The position numbers were made by a program, and so were the translations under genes. From the NCBI GenBank assembly GCA_965204575.1, contig OZ241993.1, positions 320,001 through 384,000 of the forward strand: DNA of 64,000 nt, given 5' to 3'. Shown here piece after piece: positions 1 to 8,840 of this stretch (position 1 is its first letter; the number at the start of each line of letters is the position of its first letter). The notes beneath the pieces are model-generated. The model searched no databases, had not been told where the DNA came from, and was given only the letters and a program-made list of their open reading frames with translations. This DNA is from an uncultured candidatus Porisulfidus sp. (GTDB lineage: Bacteria > Pseudomonadota > Gammaproteobacteria > Poriferisulfidales > Poriferisulfidaceae).

Positions 1-1
1 G

Positions 2-832
2 CGTTACGGCGACGACCGCCGCAGCCAACTCGTGGAGGCCGCGCCGCAGGCGCAAGCCTTGGACCCGTCACAACTCATGCCTGCAGAACCTGTCACCGTC
101 GTGCTGTCTCGCAGCGGCCTCGTACGTTCCGCCAAGGGCCACGAGATCGATCCCGCCTCGCTGACCTACAAGACCGACGATGCCCTGAAAGCCAGTGTGC
201 GTACCCGGAGCAACCGGACCGTGCGGTTCCTCGACAGCCACGGCCGGGTGTACACCATGGCCGCCGCACAAATGCCCTCCGCCCGCAATCTTGGCGAGCC
301 GTTGGCACGACATTTCAACCCCCCTGCAGGGGCACAGTTCATCGGGGTGATGGCCAACGAGGAGAATCCCCACTGGCTGATGGGCACCAGTCTCGGCTAT
401 GGCTTCCTCGCGCCCTACGACCGCCTGGAGACCCGCAGCAAGGCCGGTCGGGCCACCCTGACCGTACCGGACGGTGCCGTCGTGCTGCAACCCTACCCGG
501 TGCCGGATCTGGACCAGACCTATGTCGTCGCCGCGACCAGTGCCGGGAACCTGTTGATGGTCAAGGCATCGGAATTACCGACTCTCGGCCGCGGACGCGG
601 CAACAAGATCATCAACATTGCCGGCCCTCAACTGAAAGATGCTCAAGGCGAGCGAGTCACGCTGCTGGCCGCCCTGACGGAGAAGCAGGCATTGGTGCTC
701 TACACCCAGGCGGCTCACCGGGTCATGCGTTTCCGGGATCTGTGCGAACACCAGGGCGCACGCGGCGGGCGCGGCACCAAACTGTCCAAGAGCTGGCGGA
801 ATTTCCAGCGCTTCGAAGTGCGGGATTTATAA
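2..832 (+). CDS. parC: DNA topoisomerase IV subunit A, C-terminal part (truncated by window start)
   Basis: Open frame from base 2 reads RYGDDRRSQLVEA...EPVTVVLS..G.VR.AKGHEID, followed by beta-pinwheel repeats (SARNLGEPL, GRGRGNKII) typical of the ParC CTD. Confidence 0.9.
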   Translation, partial: RYGDDRRSQLVEAAPQAQALDPSQLMPAEPVTVVLSRSGLVRSAKGHEIDPASLTYKTDDALKASVRTRSNRTVRFLDSHGRVYTMAAAQMPSARNLGEPLARHFNPPAGAQFIGVMANEENPHWLMGTSLGYGFLAPYDRLETRSKAGRATLTVPDGAVVLQPYPVPDLDQTYVVAATSAGNLLMVKASELPTLGRGRGNKIINIAGPQLKDAQGERVTLLAALTEKQALVLYTQAAHRVMRFRDLCEHQGARGGRGTKLSKSWRNFQRFEVRDL

Positions 833-841
833 TTCCGAATC

Positions 842-1735
842 ATGCGGATCCTTCTCTTCCTCGGCGTCAATTTCGCGATCCTTCTGGTCCTCGGCATCGT
901 CTTTTCGGTGCTCGGCATCGACGGCCTGCTGGATGCCCAGGGCATGCATCTGGACCTGTACGCACTGCTGGTCTATTCGCTGGTCCTCGGCTTCGCCGGC
1001 TCTTTCATTTCGCTGGCCCTGTCGAAGTGGATCGCCAAGCGGACCATGCGCGTGCGGGTGATCGAACAACCCGCCAACCGTACGGAACAATGGCTCGTCG
1101 ACACGGTCCAGCGCTATTCCGAGGTCTGCCACATCCAACCTCCCGAGTTTGGAATCTTCGACGCTTCGCAGCCGAATGCCTTTGCGACCGGGATGAACAA
1201 AAACAATGCCCTGGTCGCGGTCAGCACCGGCCTGCTGAAACAAATGAGCCAGGACGAAGTGGAAGCGGTGGTCGGCCATGAAATGGCGCACGTCGCCAAC
1301 GGCGACATGGTGACCATGGCCCTGCTTCAGGGCGTGCTCAACACGTTTGTCGTGTTCCTGTCGCGGGTGATCGGATTCCTAGTCGACCGGCTCGTGTTCC
1401 GGGTGCAGCGCGGATTCGGGCCTGGATATTTCATCGTCTCGATCGTCGCCCAAATCCTGCTGTCGATTTTGGCCACCATCGTGGTGATGTGGTTCTCGCG
1501 GCGCCGGGAGTTCCGTGCGGACGCCGGCGGGGCCTACCTAGCCGGACGCGACAAGATGATCTCTGCGCTGCAACGCCTGCGCGAAGTCAGCCAACCCCGG
1601 GACCTCCCGGACACGATGGCGGCTTTTGGTATTTCCGGAGCCCGGCCGGCCTCGCGGATGCGTCAATTATTCCTGTCGCACCCTCCGCTGGAAGAACGGA
1701 TTCGGGCGTTGCAAAACAATGAGGTCCAGCCCTGA
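842..1735 (+). CDS. htpX: Membrane zinc metalloprotease HtpX (M48)
   Basis: MRILLFLGVN start, PNAFATG, HEMAH zinc motif, NGDMVTMAL, SRRREFRADA, SHPPLEERI. Confidence 0.97.
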   Translation: MRILLFLGVNFAILLVLGIVFSVLGIDGLLDAQGMHLDLYALLVYSLVLGFAGSFISLALSKWIAKRTMRVRVIEQPANRTEQWLVDTVQRYSEVCHIQPPEFGIFDASQPNAFATGMNKNNALVAVSTGLLKQMSQDEVEAVVGHEMAHVANGDMVTMALLQGVLNTFVVFLSRVIGFLVDRLVFRVQRGFGPGYFIVSIVAQILLSILATIVVMWFSRRREFRADAGGAYLAGRDKMISALQRLREVSQPRDLPDTMAAFGISGARPASRMRQLFLSHPPLEERIRALQNNEVQP

Positions 1736-1790
1736 CCCCGGTCACGGCAAAAAATCCACCTCTATCACACGTCTCAAAACGAACCAAGCA

Positions 1791-1834
1791 TAGACACGTG
1801 TTTTAATGTATGTTACTATTTACGTAAGTCGTAA
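1791..1834 (+). promoter_or_regulatory. Sigma70-like promoter and candidate HigA operator
   Basis: TAGACA (1791-96), 17 nt spacer, TACTAT (1814-19), then inverted repeat TTACG-N5-CGTAA (1820-34) over the expected start site. Confidence 0.6.
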
Positions 1835-1854
1835 CGAATCCATCGCGATGTTCG

Positions 1855-2133
1855 ATGATACAGGGTTTCAAGGATCGAAACACTCAGCGTTTTTTTGAGG
1901 GTTATCGAATTGCGGCATTTCAGGGATTCGCCAGACAGGCCGTACGCCGTCTTGCTTCTCTGAATAATGCAACATCCCTCAGAGACCTTGCGGTATTATC
2001 GGGTAACCGACTGAAAGTTTTGGGAGGAAATCGACGAGGCCAGTACAGCATACGAATCAACGCGCAGTGGCGGATTTGCTTTCGTTGGGAAGACAGGGGA
2101 CCGTGCGAGGTGGAAATTGTCGATTATCATTGA
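1855..2133 (+). CDS. higB: HigB (RelE/ParE family) toxin
   Basis: 92 aa; GNRLKVLGGNRRGQYSIRINAQWRICFRW...VEIVDYH; toxin precedes antitoxin. Confidence 0.92.
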   Translation: MIQGFKDRNTQRFFEGYRIAAFQGFARQAVRRLASLNNATSLRDLAVLSGNRLKVLGGNRRGQYSIRINAQWRICFRWEDRGPCEVEIVDYH

Positions 2134-2145
2134 GGAGGAGAAACT

Positions 2146-2451
2146 ATGAGCATAAAAAATGGAATGAGGCCGGTGCATCCAGGCGAGATTCTGTGTGATG
2201 AACTGGAGGAGCTAGGCCTGTCGGCCAGTGCATTGGCGAAAGCGTTGGACATTCCAGTGAACCGGATTACCGCGATCTTGAATAGCCAGAGAGGCGTGAC
2301 GGCTGATACGGCGCTACGTCTTGCGTATTATTTCGGGACCTCTCCGCAGTTCTGGATGAATCTGCAGAAGTCCTACGAGCTTCGCAAAGCCGAAATCAAG
2401 GTAGGCCGACAGATTGAAAAGCGCGTCAAACCCTTGCACCGGGCAGCGTAA
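2146..2451 (+). CDS. higA: HigA family HTH antitoxin
   Basis: MRPVHPGEIL, HTH, TADTALRLA.YFGTSPQFWMNLQ; GAGGAG RBS. Confidence 0.93.
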   Translation: MSIKNGMRPVHPGEILCDELEELGLSASALAKALDIPVNRITAILNSQRGVTADTALRLAYYFGTSPQFWMNLQKSYELRKAEIKVGRQIEKRVKPLHRAA

Positions 2452-2484
2452 GGACAGCAGGCGGAGAATGCCTCTCCTGCGGAT

Positions 2485-3084
2485 TCAGTACTGAGTCCGC
2501 CCTTCGAAGGCTGTCATCAGGGTGCCGGGATCCAGGTATTCGAGTTCTCCCCCCACCGGCACTCCGCGTGCCAGCCGGGTCACTTTGGCGTTATGGCGTT
2601 GCGCCATTTCGCCCAGCACGTGTGCCGTGACGTCGCTCTCGACCGTCGTGCCGATGGCCAGAATCATCTCTTCTATCGGTTCGGACTGAAGCCGGGCCTC
2701 CAATTGCGACAGGCCGATCTCCTCCGGCCCGATCCCATCCAGCGGGGATAGCCGCCCCATCAGCACGAAATAGCGTCCCCGGTAATCGGTATTGGCTTCC
2801 AACAGCCGTACATCGGCCGGCCCCTCCACGATGCACAACTGGCTCTCGGACCTTGACGCATCCGCGCAAATTGAACACAGTTCGTTTTCCGTGAAGTTCC
2901 GGCAACGTGCGCAGTGCCGAATGTTGTCCAATGCTTCCTTCAACACGGACGCCAGTACGCGACCGCGCGGTCGATTCCGCTCCAGCAGGTTGAAGGCCAT
3001 GCGCTGCGCCGTCTTTACACCGACGCCAGGCAGGCATTGCAAGGCTTCGACCAGTTGATCCAGAAGGCTGTCCGAAGCCGACAT
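2485..3084 (-). CDS. recR: Recombination mediator RecR
   Basis: LPGVGVKTAQRMAF HhH, CARC..CSIC zinc finger, Toprim (LSPLDGIGP), GVPVGGELEY. Confidence 0.97.
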   Translation of the reverse strand: MSASDSLLDQLVEALQCLPGVGVKTAQRMAFNLLERNRPRGRVLASVLKEALDNIRHCARCRNFTENELCSICADASRSESQLCIVEGPADVRLLEANTDYRGRYFVLMGRLSPLDGIGPEEIGLSQLEARLQSEPIEEMILAIGTTVESDVTAHVLGEMAQRHNAKVTRLARGVPVGGELEYLDPGTLMTAFEGRTQY

Positions 3085-4686
3085 TCAGGATTCCGAGTTC
3101 GCGGATGTGACGCCGTTCATCGGGCCGATAACTTGTTGCGCCCCGAGCTCCTCCTGCAGGGCCCGAACCGTCGGAGATTCTTCGATTTCGCGCTGGGCTT
3201 GCTCGGCCCGTTCCTTGCGGGCGTGGGCATCCTTTTGAGCCTTGGTTTCCTGCTTCGGAACACCAGGGCGAACATGCAGGGAAACCTCTCGTTTGAAGTA
3301 TTCGCTTAACGCCTCGCCCAAGGTTTTTTCAACTCCGGACGGGACCGGATACGCTTTGTCGCAAACCAAATGCAGCGCATCGTCTTCCATGCGCTCTATC
3401 TCACAATTTCTTGCAAAGACCCGGGTATTCCCAAAAATCCCGAGCTGTTCGATCAACTCTCCCCATGCAATTTCCTCACCCCATTCGATCGCTTCCGTTG
3501 ATGTGGGGGGTCCTGCTGCGACCGCAGGCGCGCTTTGGGCCTGCGCGGGGGCATCCTCATCCGAAATCGCAGATCTTGAGGGGGGAGGCGCGTCTTCTTG
3601 CCAACCATCCGGCATGAAGCACAAAAGACGCAACAGGGTCATCTCCAGCCCCGTCTGCTCATCGGGCGCATACTGCAGGTCGCGCTTGCCCTGCAACAGT
3701 ATTTGATAAGCCAACTGGAGGTCGGCCGGGCTGTACGCCGCATTGATCGCACGCGCCCAATCTTGCATTTCTTCCGGGACGTCGGCCTTCACACCTTCGG
3801 ATGCCATTGCGCAGGTATGGAACACTCGGGTCAAATCGTCCAGGATGTCCTGGAATGAAGGGGACAGTTCCCGCAGACCCGCGACCGCCTGCATCACCGC
3901 TTCCGGTTCGCGGCCTGCAAGCGCCATCACCAGCGCTCCAAAGTTCTCGCGTGGCAACAGCCCCAGCATCCGGCCCACTTCGGACTGGGTCAGGCCGTCG
4001 GCACAATAATTGATGGCCTGATCCAAAAGACTCAATCCATCCCGCATGCTGCCGTCCGCCGCACGCGCCAACTGAATCACCGCGTCCGGCTCGGATTCCA
4101 ATTTTTCATGCTCGAGAATCTTGGTCAGTTGTTCTCCGATCTGGGGCTCGTTCAGGCGCTTCAGATGAAACTGAAGGCACCGGGACAACACCGTGGCTGG
4201 AAGTTTCTGCGGATCGGTCGTGGCAAAAAGAAACTTGAGGTGCTCGGGGGGTTCTTCCAGGGTCTTGAGCAAAGCATTGAAGCTGTGCGTCGACAGCATA
4301 TGCACTTCGTCAATCAGGTACACCTTGAAACGGCCCTGCGTAGGGACGTAAGAGGAATCCGAAAGCAGTTCGCGCATTTCCTCCACGCGGGTGCGGGAGG
4401 CCGCATCGATCTCCAAGAGATCCGGGAATTTCCCTTCGTCGATGCCGCGGCAGGCTTCGCACACGCCGCAGGGTTCCGCGCTGACTCCCTGCTCGCAGTT
4501 CAGGCACTTGGCGACGATGCGCGCCAGGGTGGTCTTGCCGACGCCCCGGGTTCCCGTGAACAGGTACGCGTGATGCAACCGGTTGTTTTCGAACGCCTTG
4601 GTCAGAACCTGAAGTACATGCTGCTGGCCGACCACTTCGGCAAACGTGCGGGGCCGCCACCTGCGGGCCAGGACTTCATACGCCAT
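3085..4686 (-). CDS. dnaX: DNA polymerase III subunit gamma/tau
   Basis: YEVLARRWRPRTF, GTRGVGKT Walker A, zinc module, IDEVHML, SRC motif. Confidence 0.97.
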   Translation of the reverse strand: MAYEVLARRWRPRTFAEVVGQQHVLQVLTKAFENNRLHHAYLFTGTRGVGKTTLARIVAKCLNCEQGVSAEPCGVCEACRGIDEGKFPDLLEIDAASRTRVEEMRELLSDSSYVPTQGRFKVYLIDEVHMLSTHSFNALLKTLEEPPEHLKFLFATTDPQKLPATVLSRCLQFHLKRLNEPQIGEQLTKILEHEKLESEPDAVIQLARAADGSMRDGLSLLDQAINYCADGLTQSEVGRMLGLLPRENFGALVMALAGREPEAVMQAVAGLRELSPSFQDILDDLTRVFHTCAMASEGVKADVPEEMQDWARAINAAYSPADLQLAYQILLQGKRDLQYAPDEQTGLEMTLLRLLCFMPDGWQEDAPPPSRSAISDEDAPAQAQSAPAVAAGPPTSTEAIEWGEEIAWGELIEQLGIFGNTRVFARNCEIERMEDDALHLVCDKAYPVPSGVEKTLGEALSEYFKREVSLHVRPGVPKQETKAQKDAHARKERAEQAQREIEESPTVRALQEELGAQQVIGPMNGVTSANSES

Positions 4687-4795
4687 GAGGGTCGATGAGG
4701 AGGATAAAACCGGTTCCGATTCGTCTGCAACTCATTATAGTGTCCCGCCGGATTCATTCACCCGACCCGGTTCCAAGCGCGTACAATCTCCTCTG

Positions 4796-6019
4796 ATGCA
4801 CGGCATTTCCCGCAATCTCGCCCAATTCGGGCAACAACTGGCACAGGTCTTTCTGGTCGGCATGACTCTCGGCATGGTGCGCACGGTCGTGCCGGCACTG
4901 GCGGAAAGCGAATTCTCCGTGGAGCGCGGCTCCTACCTCCTGTTGACCGTCTTCGTCGTCGCGTTCGGATTCGTCAAGGGCACCATGAATTTCGTCGCCG
5001 GACGGACGGCAGACCGGTTCGGCCGGAAGCCCGTGCTGTTGACAGGCTGGCTGTTCGCCCTGCCCGCTCCCTGGTTGATCCTGTATGCCACGAGTTGGAA
5101 CGAGGTGGTGCTGGCCACGCTGCTGTTGGGCATCAATCAGGGCCTGTGCTGGTCGGCCACCCAAACCAGCAAACTGGACTTGGCGCATTCCCAGGAACGG
5201 GGTTTTGCGGTCGGGCTGGACGAGTTCTCCGGCTATATGGGAGTGGCGGTCGCCGGAGTCATGACCGGCTACCTTGCAAGCGCCATGGATGCCCGAGAAG
5301 CATTGTGGGGATTCGGCCTCATCTGCATCATGCTGGCCTTAGGGCTTTTGCTTGGATTCGTGCGCGAAACCCTCCCTTGGGCACACCGTGAACAACAGGC
5401 GACCGAGACCCCGGCTGAAGCGATCCCCGCCACCACATGGGAAGCCTTTGCCAAGGTCTCCTGGCGGGACCGGCGCATGTTTGCGGTCAGCCAGGCCGGG
5501 CTGGTCGAGAAATTCGTGGATACCCTGGTCTGGATCTTTTATCCCGTCTATCTGTACACTCACGGTTTCAGCCTTCCCGACATCGGCTGGATCGTGGGCA
5601 TCTACGGAACGGTCTGGGGGGCCAGCCAGTTCCTGACCGGCCGACTGTCCGACCGGATCGGCCGCTTGATCCCCTGCGTGGCCGGCATGTGGCTGTGCGG
5701 AATCGGGGTCCTGGGTTCGCTGTGGAGCCTGCAATTCGAAACCTGGGCGATCAGCGCCGCCGTCACGGGGTTCGGCATGGCCCTGCTGTATCCCAATCTC
5801 AGTGCCGCGATCAGCGACCTCGCGACTCCCGCATGGCGGGGTTCCGCCATTGGAGCATACCGTTTCTGGCGCGACCTCGGCTATGGCATCGGGGCGCTTG
5901 GGCTGGGCATCCTGGCGAACCTCGCCGGATACTTGGAGGCGGGGTTTTACGGGGTGGCGATCAGCATGTTTGCTTCCGGGGCGGTGCTGGCCTGGCTCGG
6001 CCCGAGACGACCTCGCTAA
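4796..6019 (+). CDS. MFS transporter
   Basis: About 12 hydrophobic segments; motif A copies GRTADRFGRK and GRLSDRIGR; YRFWRDLGY; start placed at ATG 4796 because the longer ORF overlaps dnaX. Confidence 0.88.
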   Translation: MHGISRNLAQFGQQLAQVFLVGMTLGMVRTVVPALAESEFSVERGSYLLLTVFVVAFGFVKGTMNFVAGRTADRFGRKPVLLTGWLFALPAPWLILYATSWNEVVLATLLLGINQGLCWSATQTSKLDLAHSQERGFAVGLDEFSGYMGVAVAGVMTGYLASAMDAREALWGFGLICIMLALGLLLGFVRETLPWAHREQQATETPAEAIPATTWEAFAKVSWRDRRMFAVSQAGLVEKFVDTLVWIFYPVYLYTHGFSLPDIGWIVGIYGTVWGASQFLTGRLSDRIGRLIPCVAGMWLCGIGVLGSLWSLQFETWAISAAVTGFGMALLYPNLSAAISDLATPAWRGSAIGAYRFWRDLGYGIGALGLGILANLAGYLEAGFYGVAISMFASGAVLAWLGPRRPR

Positions 6020-6059
6020 ATTCCTGAAGAACGACCATCGCCTTGTTCCAGCATAGGGG

Positions 6060-6123
6060 TGACTTTTTCCTTATGTATCGTAGAACGGTCATGACTTTTT
6101 TACGATGAAGTAGATTTTGGTCA
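6060..6123. repeat. Two tandem imperfect 32 bp units, each bounded by TGAC...GTCA
   Basis: TGACTTTTTCCTTATGTATCGTAGAACGGTCA then TGACTTTTTTACGATGAAGTAGATTTTGGTCA. Confidence 0.6.
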
Positions 6124-6227
6124 TGCGCCGACGCTTGCTCGGCGACTTAACCACCCGGGGACAGGACCGCCAACAAATGATCTCTCTCAGGTCCGAATCG
6201 AAAGGCAAGGCTGTTATCCATATTCGC

Positions 6228-6557
6228 TCACGACCCTCCTTTCCATGGCATACCCGGCAGTAATGCTACCAGTTGTTCCGAAACGTGCCGGGCCGCCTGA
6301 TCAATATCCCAATAGCAATCGTGAGAAAGCAAGGGTTCGATATCAGCGCGAAATCGGGGGTCGCGCAGCTTGCTCGCAAGATTTCGTTCAAACAAGGCGC
6401 GGGTCACGTGGTCACCATTTTTCTCCATGTACGCCATAAAAGCTGTAACCACGTGAAAGGTGTCCACCTTCGCGCTCCCCAATGCACGCGCCAGGTCAAA
6501 CAGGTCTCGCCCTTTCTTCCGCTGGTAACATGCAGTGATATGGTCTCGGGGAATCAC
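6228..6557 (-). pseudogene. AbiEii-type nucleotidyltransferase toxin with in-frame internal deletion
   Basis: N-terminal MIPRDHIT joined directly to the C-terminal YQRKKGRDLFDL motif; 109 aa; no GGTAL or R.SEDID catalytic motifs; start overlaps the AbiEi stop. Confidence 0.8.
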
Positions 6558-7363
6558 AGATCCGCCTCAATTTCCGCATTGACATAGAGCCGCCAATCCC
6601 GCGCGCGAAGCGTCCGCCCCTTGGGAAGGCCCGGAACAAGCAGCACAGTGCCTTGTGCATGTTGCTTGACATGGGTTTTAAGGGACGACGCCTTGTCCCC
6701 TGAGTCAACGACCTCTAGCAAATAGCCTAATCGTTGCGCCCAAGTAACGGGAGCGGCCAGCGCGGCTGAGACGAGAAGATCCGGAGCAATGTCGTCGGCA
6801 AGTTCGCCGATAATCGTGACCACATGATCCAGCCCGCCGACGCGATGCGCATAGCCGACCAAATCAAGCGCAGTCGCTTCGACGCTTGAGATCAAGAGCG
6901 TCCCCCGAGGAGTATTAACCTCCTGAACCGGCACTTCGGAGATATTCCCACGAGCGATGAAAGCGACCCTTACGGCCCCGCAAGAGATGGGTCGACGATT
7001 CTTGGCAAGAGCGACCTGGAACACCTGTGGCCGCTGGTGAGCCGCACCATAATATTCGGCGGCAGATAAAAGAGCCGTGTAGTACGGCTGCTTCGATTTT
7101 TCCATGAGAGCCGGCACAAACTGGTCTGGCGGCAAACATCCCAAGCGCCGGTATTCGGGCGGCACAATGACGTAGAAGCCGCGGGCAGGGCTTGCAACCA
7201 AGCCTTTTTTCGCCAGACGGGCAAGTGCGAGCCGTGTTGCAGCAGGAGAGGCCCTGAGCGCTGAACCCATTTGGCCTGTAGTGAAATGGTATTGCCCGCT
7301 CGCGGCTAATTCGTCTATGACTGCAGTAGCTCTGGGTCGAGAAGGAGTGTTTTTCATAGTCAT
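6554..7363 (-). CDS. Type IV TA antitoxin, AbiEi family
   Basis: N-terminal wHTH (RGFYVIVPPEY), YYTALLSAAEYYGAAHQRPQVFQV, SSVEATALDLV, AQRLGYLLE; start may be ATG 7357. Confidence 0.88.
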   Translation of the reverse strand: MTMKNTPSRPRATAVIDELAASGQYHFTTGQMGSALRASPAATRLALARLAKKGLVASPARGFYVIVPPEYRRLGCLPPDQFVPALMEKSKQPYYTALLSAAEYYGAAHQRPQVFQVALAKNRRPISCGAVRVAFIARGNISEVPVQEVNTPRGTLLISSVEATALDLVGYAHRVGGLDHVVTIIGELADDIAPDLLVSAALAAPVTWAQRLGYLLEVVDSGDKASSLKTHVKQHAQGTVLLVPGLPKGRTLRARDWRLYVNAEIEADL

Positions 7364-7421
7364 ATAGTATCACTATTAGATGCTTTAAGAAAGTTATAAA
7401 TATTTCTACAGAAATTACAGG

Positions 7422-7450
7422 TTGACTTCAAGGCTTATTCAGACTAGGCT
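7422..7450 (+). promoter_or_regulatory. Putative sigma70 promoter of the phd-vapC operon
   Basis: TTGACT, 17 nt spacer, TAGGCT; AGGAGG RBS before GTG 7493. Confidence 0.45.
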
Positions 7451-7492
7451 GATACTGGTTGAAACGTTTGATGCTTTCAGGAGGAAAATTCC

Positions 7493-7735
7493 GTGGCGGA
7501 GATTGGCGCATTCGAAGCGAAGACTCATCTACCACAACTGCTCCAACGCGTGAAAGCAGGTGAACGGTTCATCATCACTAGGCACGGTCGTCCGGTGGCC
7601 GAACTGGTCCCGTTCCAGTCACAGGATTCCGGAAAAGTGCGATCCGCGATCGACGCCTTGAAGGAATTTCAGAAAACGCACAGCCTCGATGGACTTTCTG
7701 TGCGGACAATCGTCGAGAAAGCGCGCAAGTATTGA
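7493..7735 (+). CDS. Phd/YefM family antitoxin
   Basis: IGAFEAKTHLPQLLQRVKAGERFIITRHGRPVAELVP. Confidence 0.92.
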   Translation: MAEIGAFEAKTHLPQLLQRVKAGERFIITRHGRPVAELVPFQSQDSGKVRSAIDALKEFQKTHSLDGLSVRTIVEKARKY

Positions 7736-8151
7736 TGACTTTTGTCCTTGATTGCTCGGTGGCCATAGCATGGGTCTTCCCCGACGAAGCCTCCGAGGCG
7801 ACTGATCGGCTACGCGATTCACTTGTCGACGGTCGTGCATTCGTTCCGCCCCTTTGGCCCGTCGAGGTTGGCAGTGTGTTGCTCGTCGCAGCCCAGCGTG
7901 GTCGCATCAGTAGCGGCGAGTGGCCGCACATTTGCTCCAACCTGGATGCTCTGCCCATCGAAATCGAACCGATATCTACATCACGCGTGTGGGGAGCCAC
8001 CCTGGGTCTCGCTCATCAGCATGGGCTCTCGGTCTACGATGCTGCCTACCTTGAACTCGCGTCGCGCATGCGGCTACCGCTCGCCACATTGGATCGGGCG
8101 CTCGCCGCTGCGGCACGGGCGACCGGAGTCGATACACCCGTAACCCTGTAA
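7732..8151 (+). CDS. vapC: VapC PIN-domain toxin
   Basis: FVLDCSVA, conserved E (PVEVG), LSVYDAAYLELA, LATLD; overlaps the antitoxin stop. Confidence 0.92.
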   Translation: MMTFVLDCSVAIAWVFPDEASEATDRLRDSLVDGRAFVPPLWPVEVGSVLLVAAQRGRISSGEWPHICSNLDALPIEIEPISTSRVWGATLGLAHQHGLSVYDAAYLELASRMRLPLATLDRALAAAARATGVDTPVTL

Positions 8152-8273
8152 CGCCTTCATGCGAACCCACTGAATGGAGAACCATCTTCCAGCGTGCTGC
8201 ATGATTCCACGAAATATCATAAAATCTTCCATGCGAATGGCCCGAAGCGTTGTGCAGAGGAGGTAATGAGACG

Positions 8274-8495
8274 ATGGCACTGGCCAACTGTTCTGCCGTT
8301 GAGCAGGACCCCGGAAAAGTGAGCGGAACCTTGGTTTTCCGGGGTACACGCGTTCCTGTTTCTACTCTGTTCGAAAACCTCCGAGACGGGGCTACGCTTG
8401 AACAATTCCTGGATTGGTTTCCAGGTGTCGAGCGGTGGCAGGTAGAGAGCATTCTTGATCACGAAAGTCAGGAGTTGAGGGATACGGCTTCTTGA
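8274..8495 (+). CDS. DUF433-type antitoxin
   Basis: DPGKVSG..VFRGTRVPV..LFENL.DGATLEQFLDWFPGV. Confidence 0.88.
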   Translation: MALANCSAVEQDPGKVSGTLVFRGTRVPVSTLFENLRDGATLEQFLDWFPGVERWQVESILDHESQELRDTAS

Positions 8496-8811
8496 AGATA
8501 TTGTTCGATCAGGGTGTGCCCGTCCCCTTGCGCCGACATATGCTTGGGCATCTGGTGGATACCGCATATGAACGAGGATGGTCGAAGCTTCGCAACGGTG
8601 CATTACTTGACCGCGCGGAGGCGGAGGGTTATGAACTTAGGGTGACCACCGATCAAAATCTTCGCCATCAGCAAAACCTCGACGACCGAAAATTGGCAAT
8701 CGTAGTGTTGCTGGCTGCATCGTGGCCGCATCTACGGCGACATGCCGATGAGATTTGACCGCAATTGAACAGGCGGAGGTAGGCGCGTACATTGAAGTCG
8801 AGGCTGGATAA
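8492..8811 (+). pseudogene. PIN-like (DUF5615-type) toxin with a 1 nt frameshift near the 3' end
   Basis: MKILFDQGVP...NGALLDRAE...TTDQNLRHQQNL stops at 8758 (GAG ATT TGA); the -1 frame continues LTAIEQAEVGAYIEVEAG* to 8811, a plausible family C-terminus. Confidence 0.7.
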
Positions 8812-8840
8812 CAGCACTGTAAAAAGAGGTTTTCGGACCT

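Noticed and set aside
3085-3620. dnaX programmed -1 frameshift producing gamma
   Set aside because: No A AAA AAG heptamer with downstream hairpin seen after domain III
4690-4795. SRP RNA (ffs), often found upstream of dnaX
   Set aside because: No SRP domain IV GGAA tetraloop hairpin; the region fits divergent promoters only
8749-8760. Programmed prfB-like frameshift at ATT TGA C
   Set aside because: prfB shifting is +1 at CTT TGA with an upstream SD; a -1 shift is needed here and there is no slippery heptamer, so a 1 nt deletion is simpler
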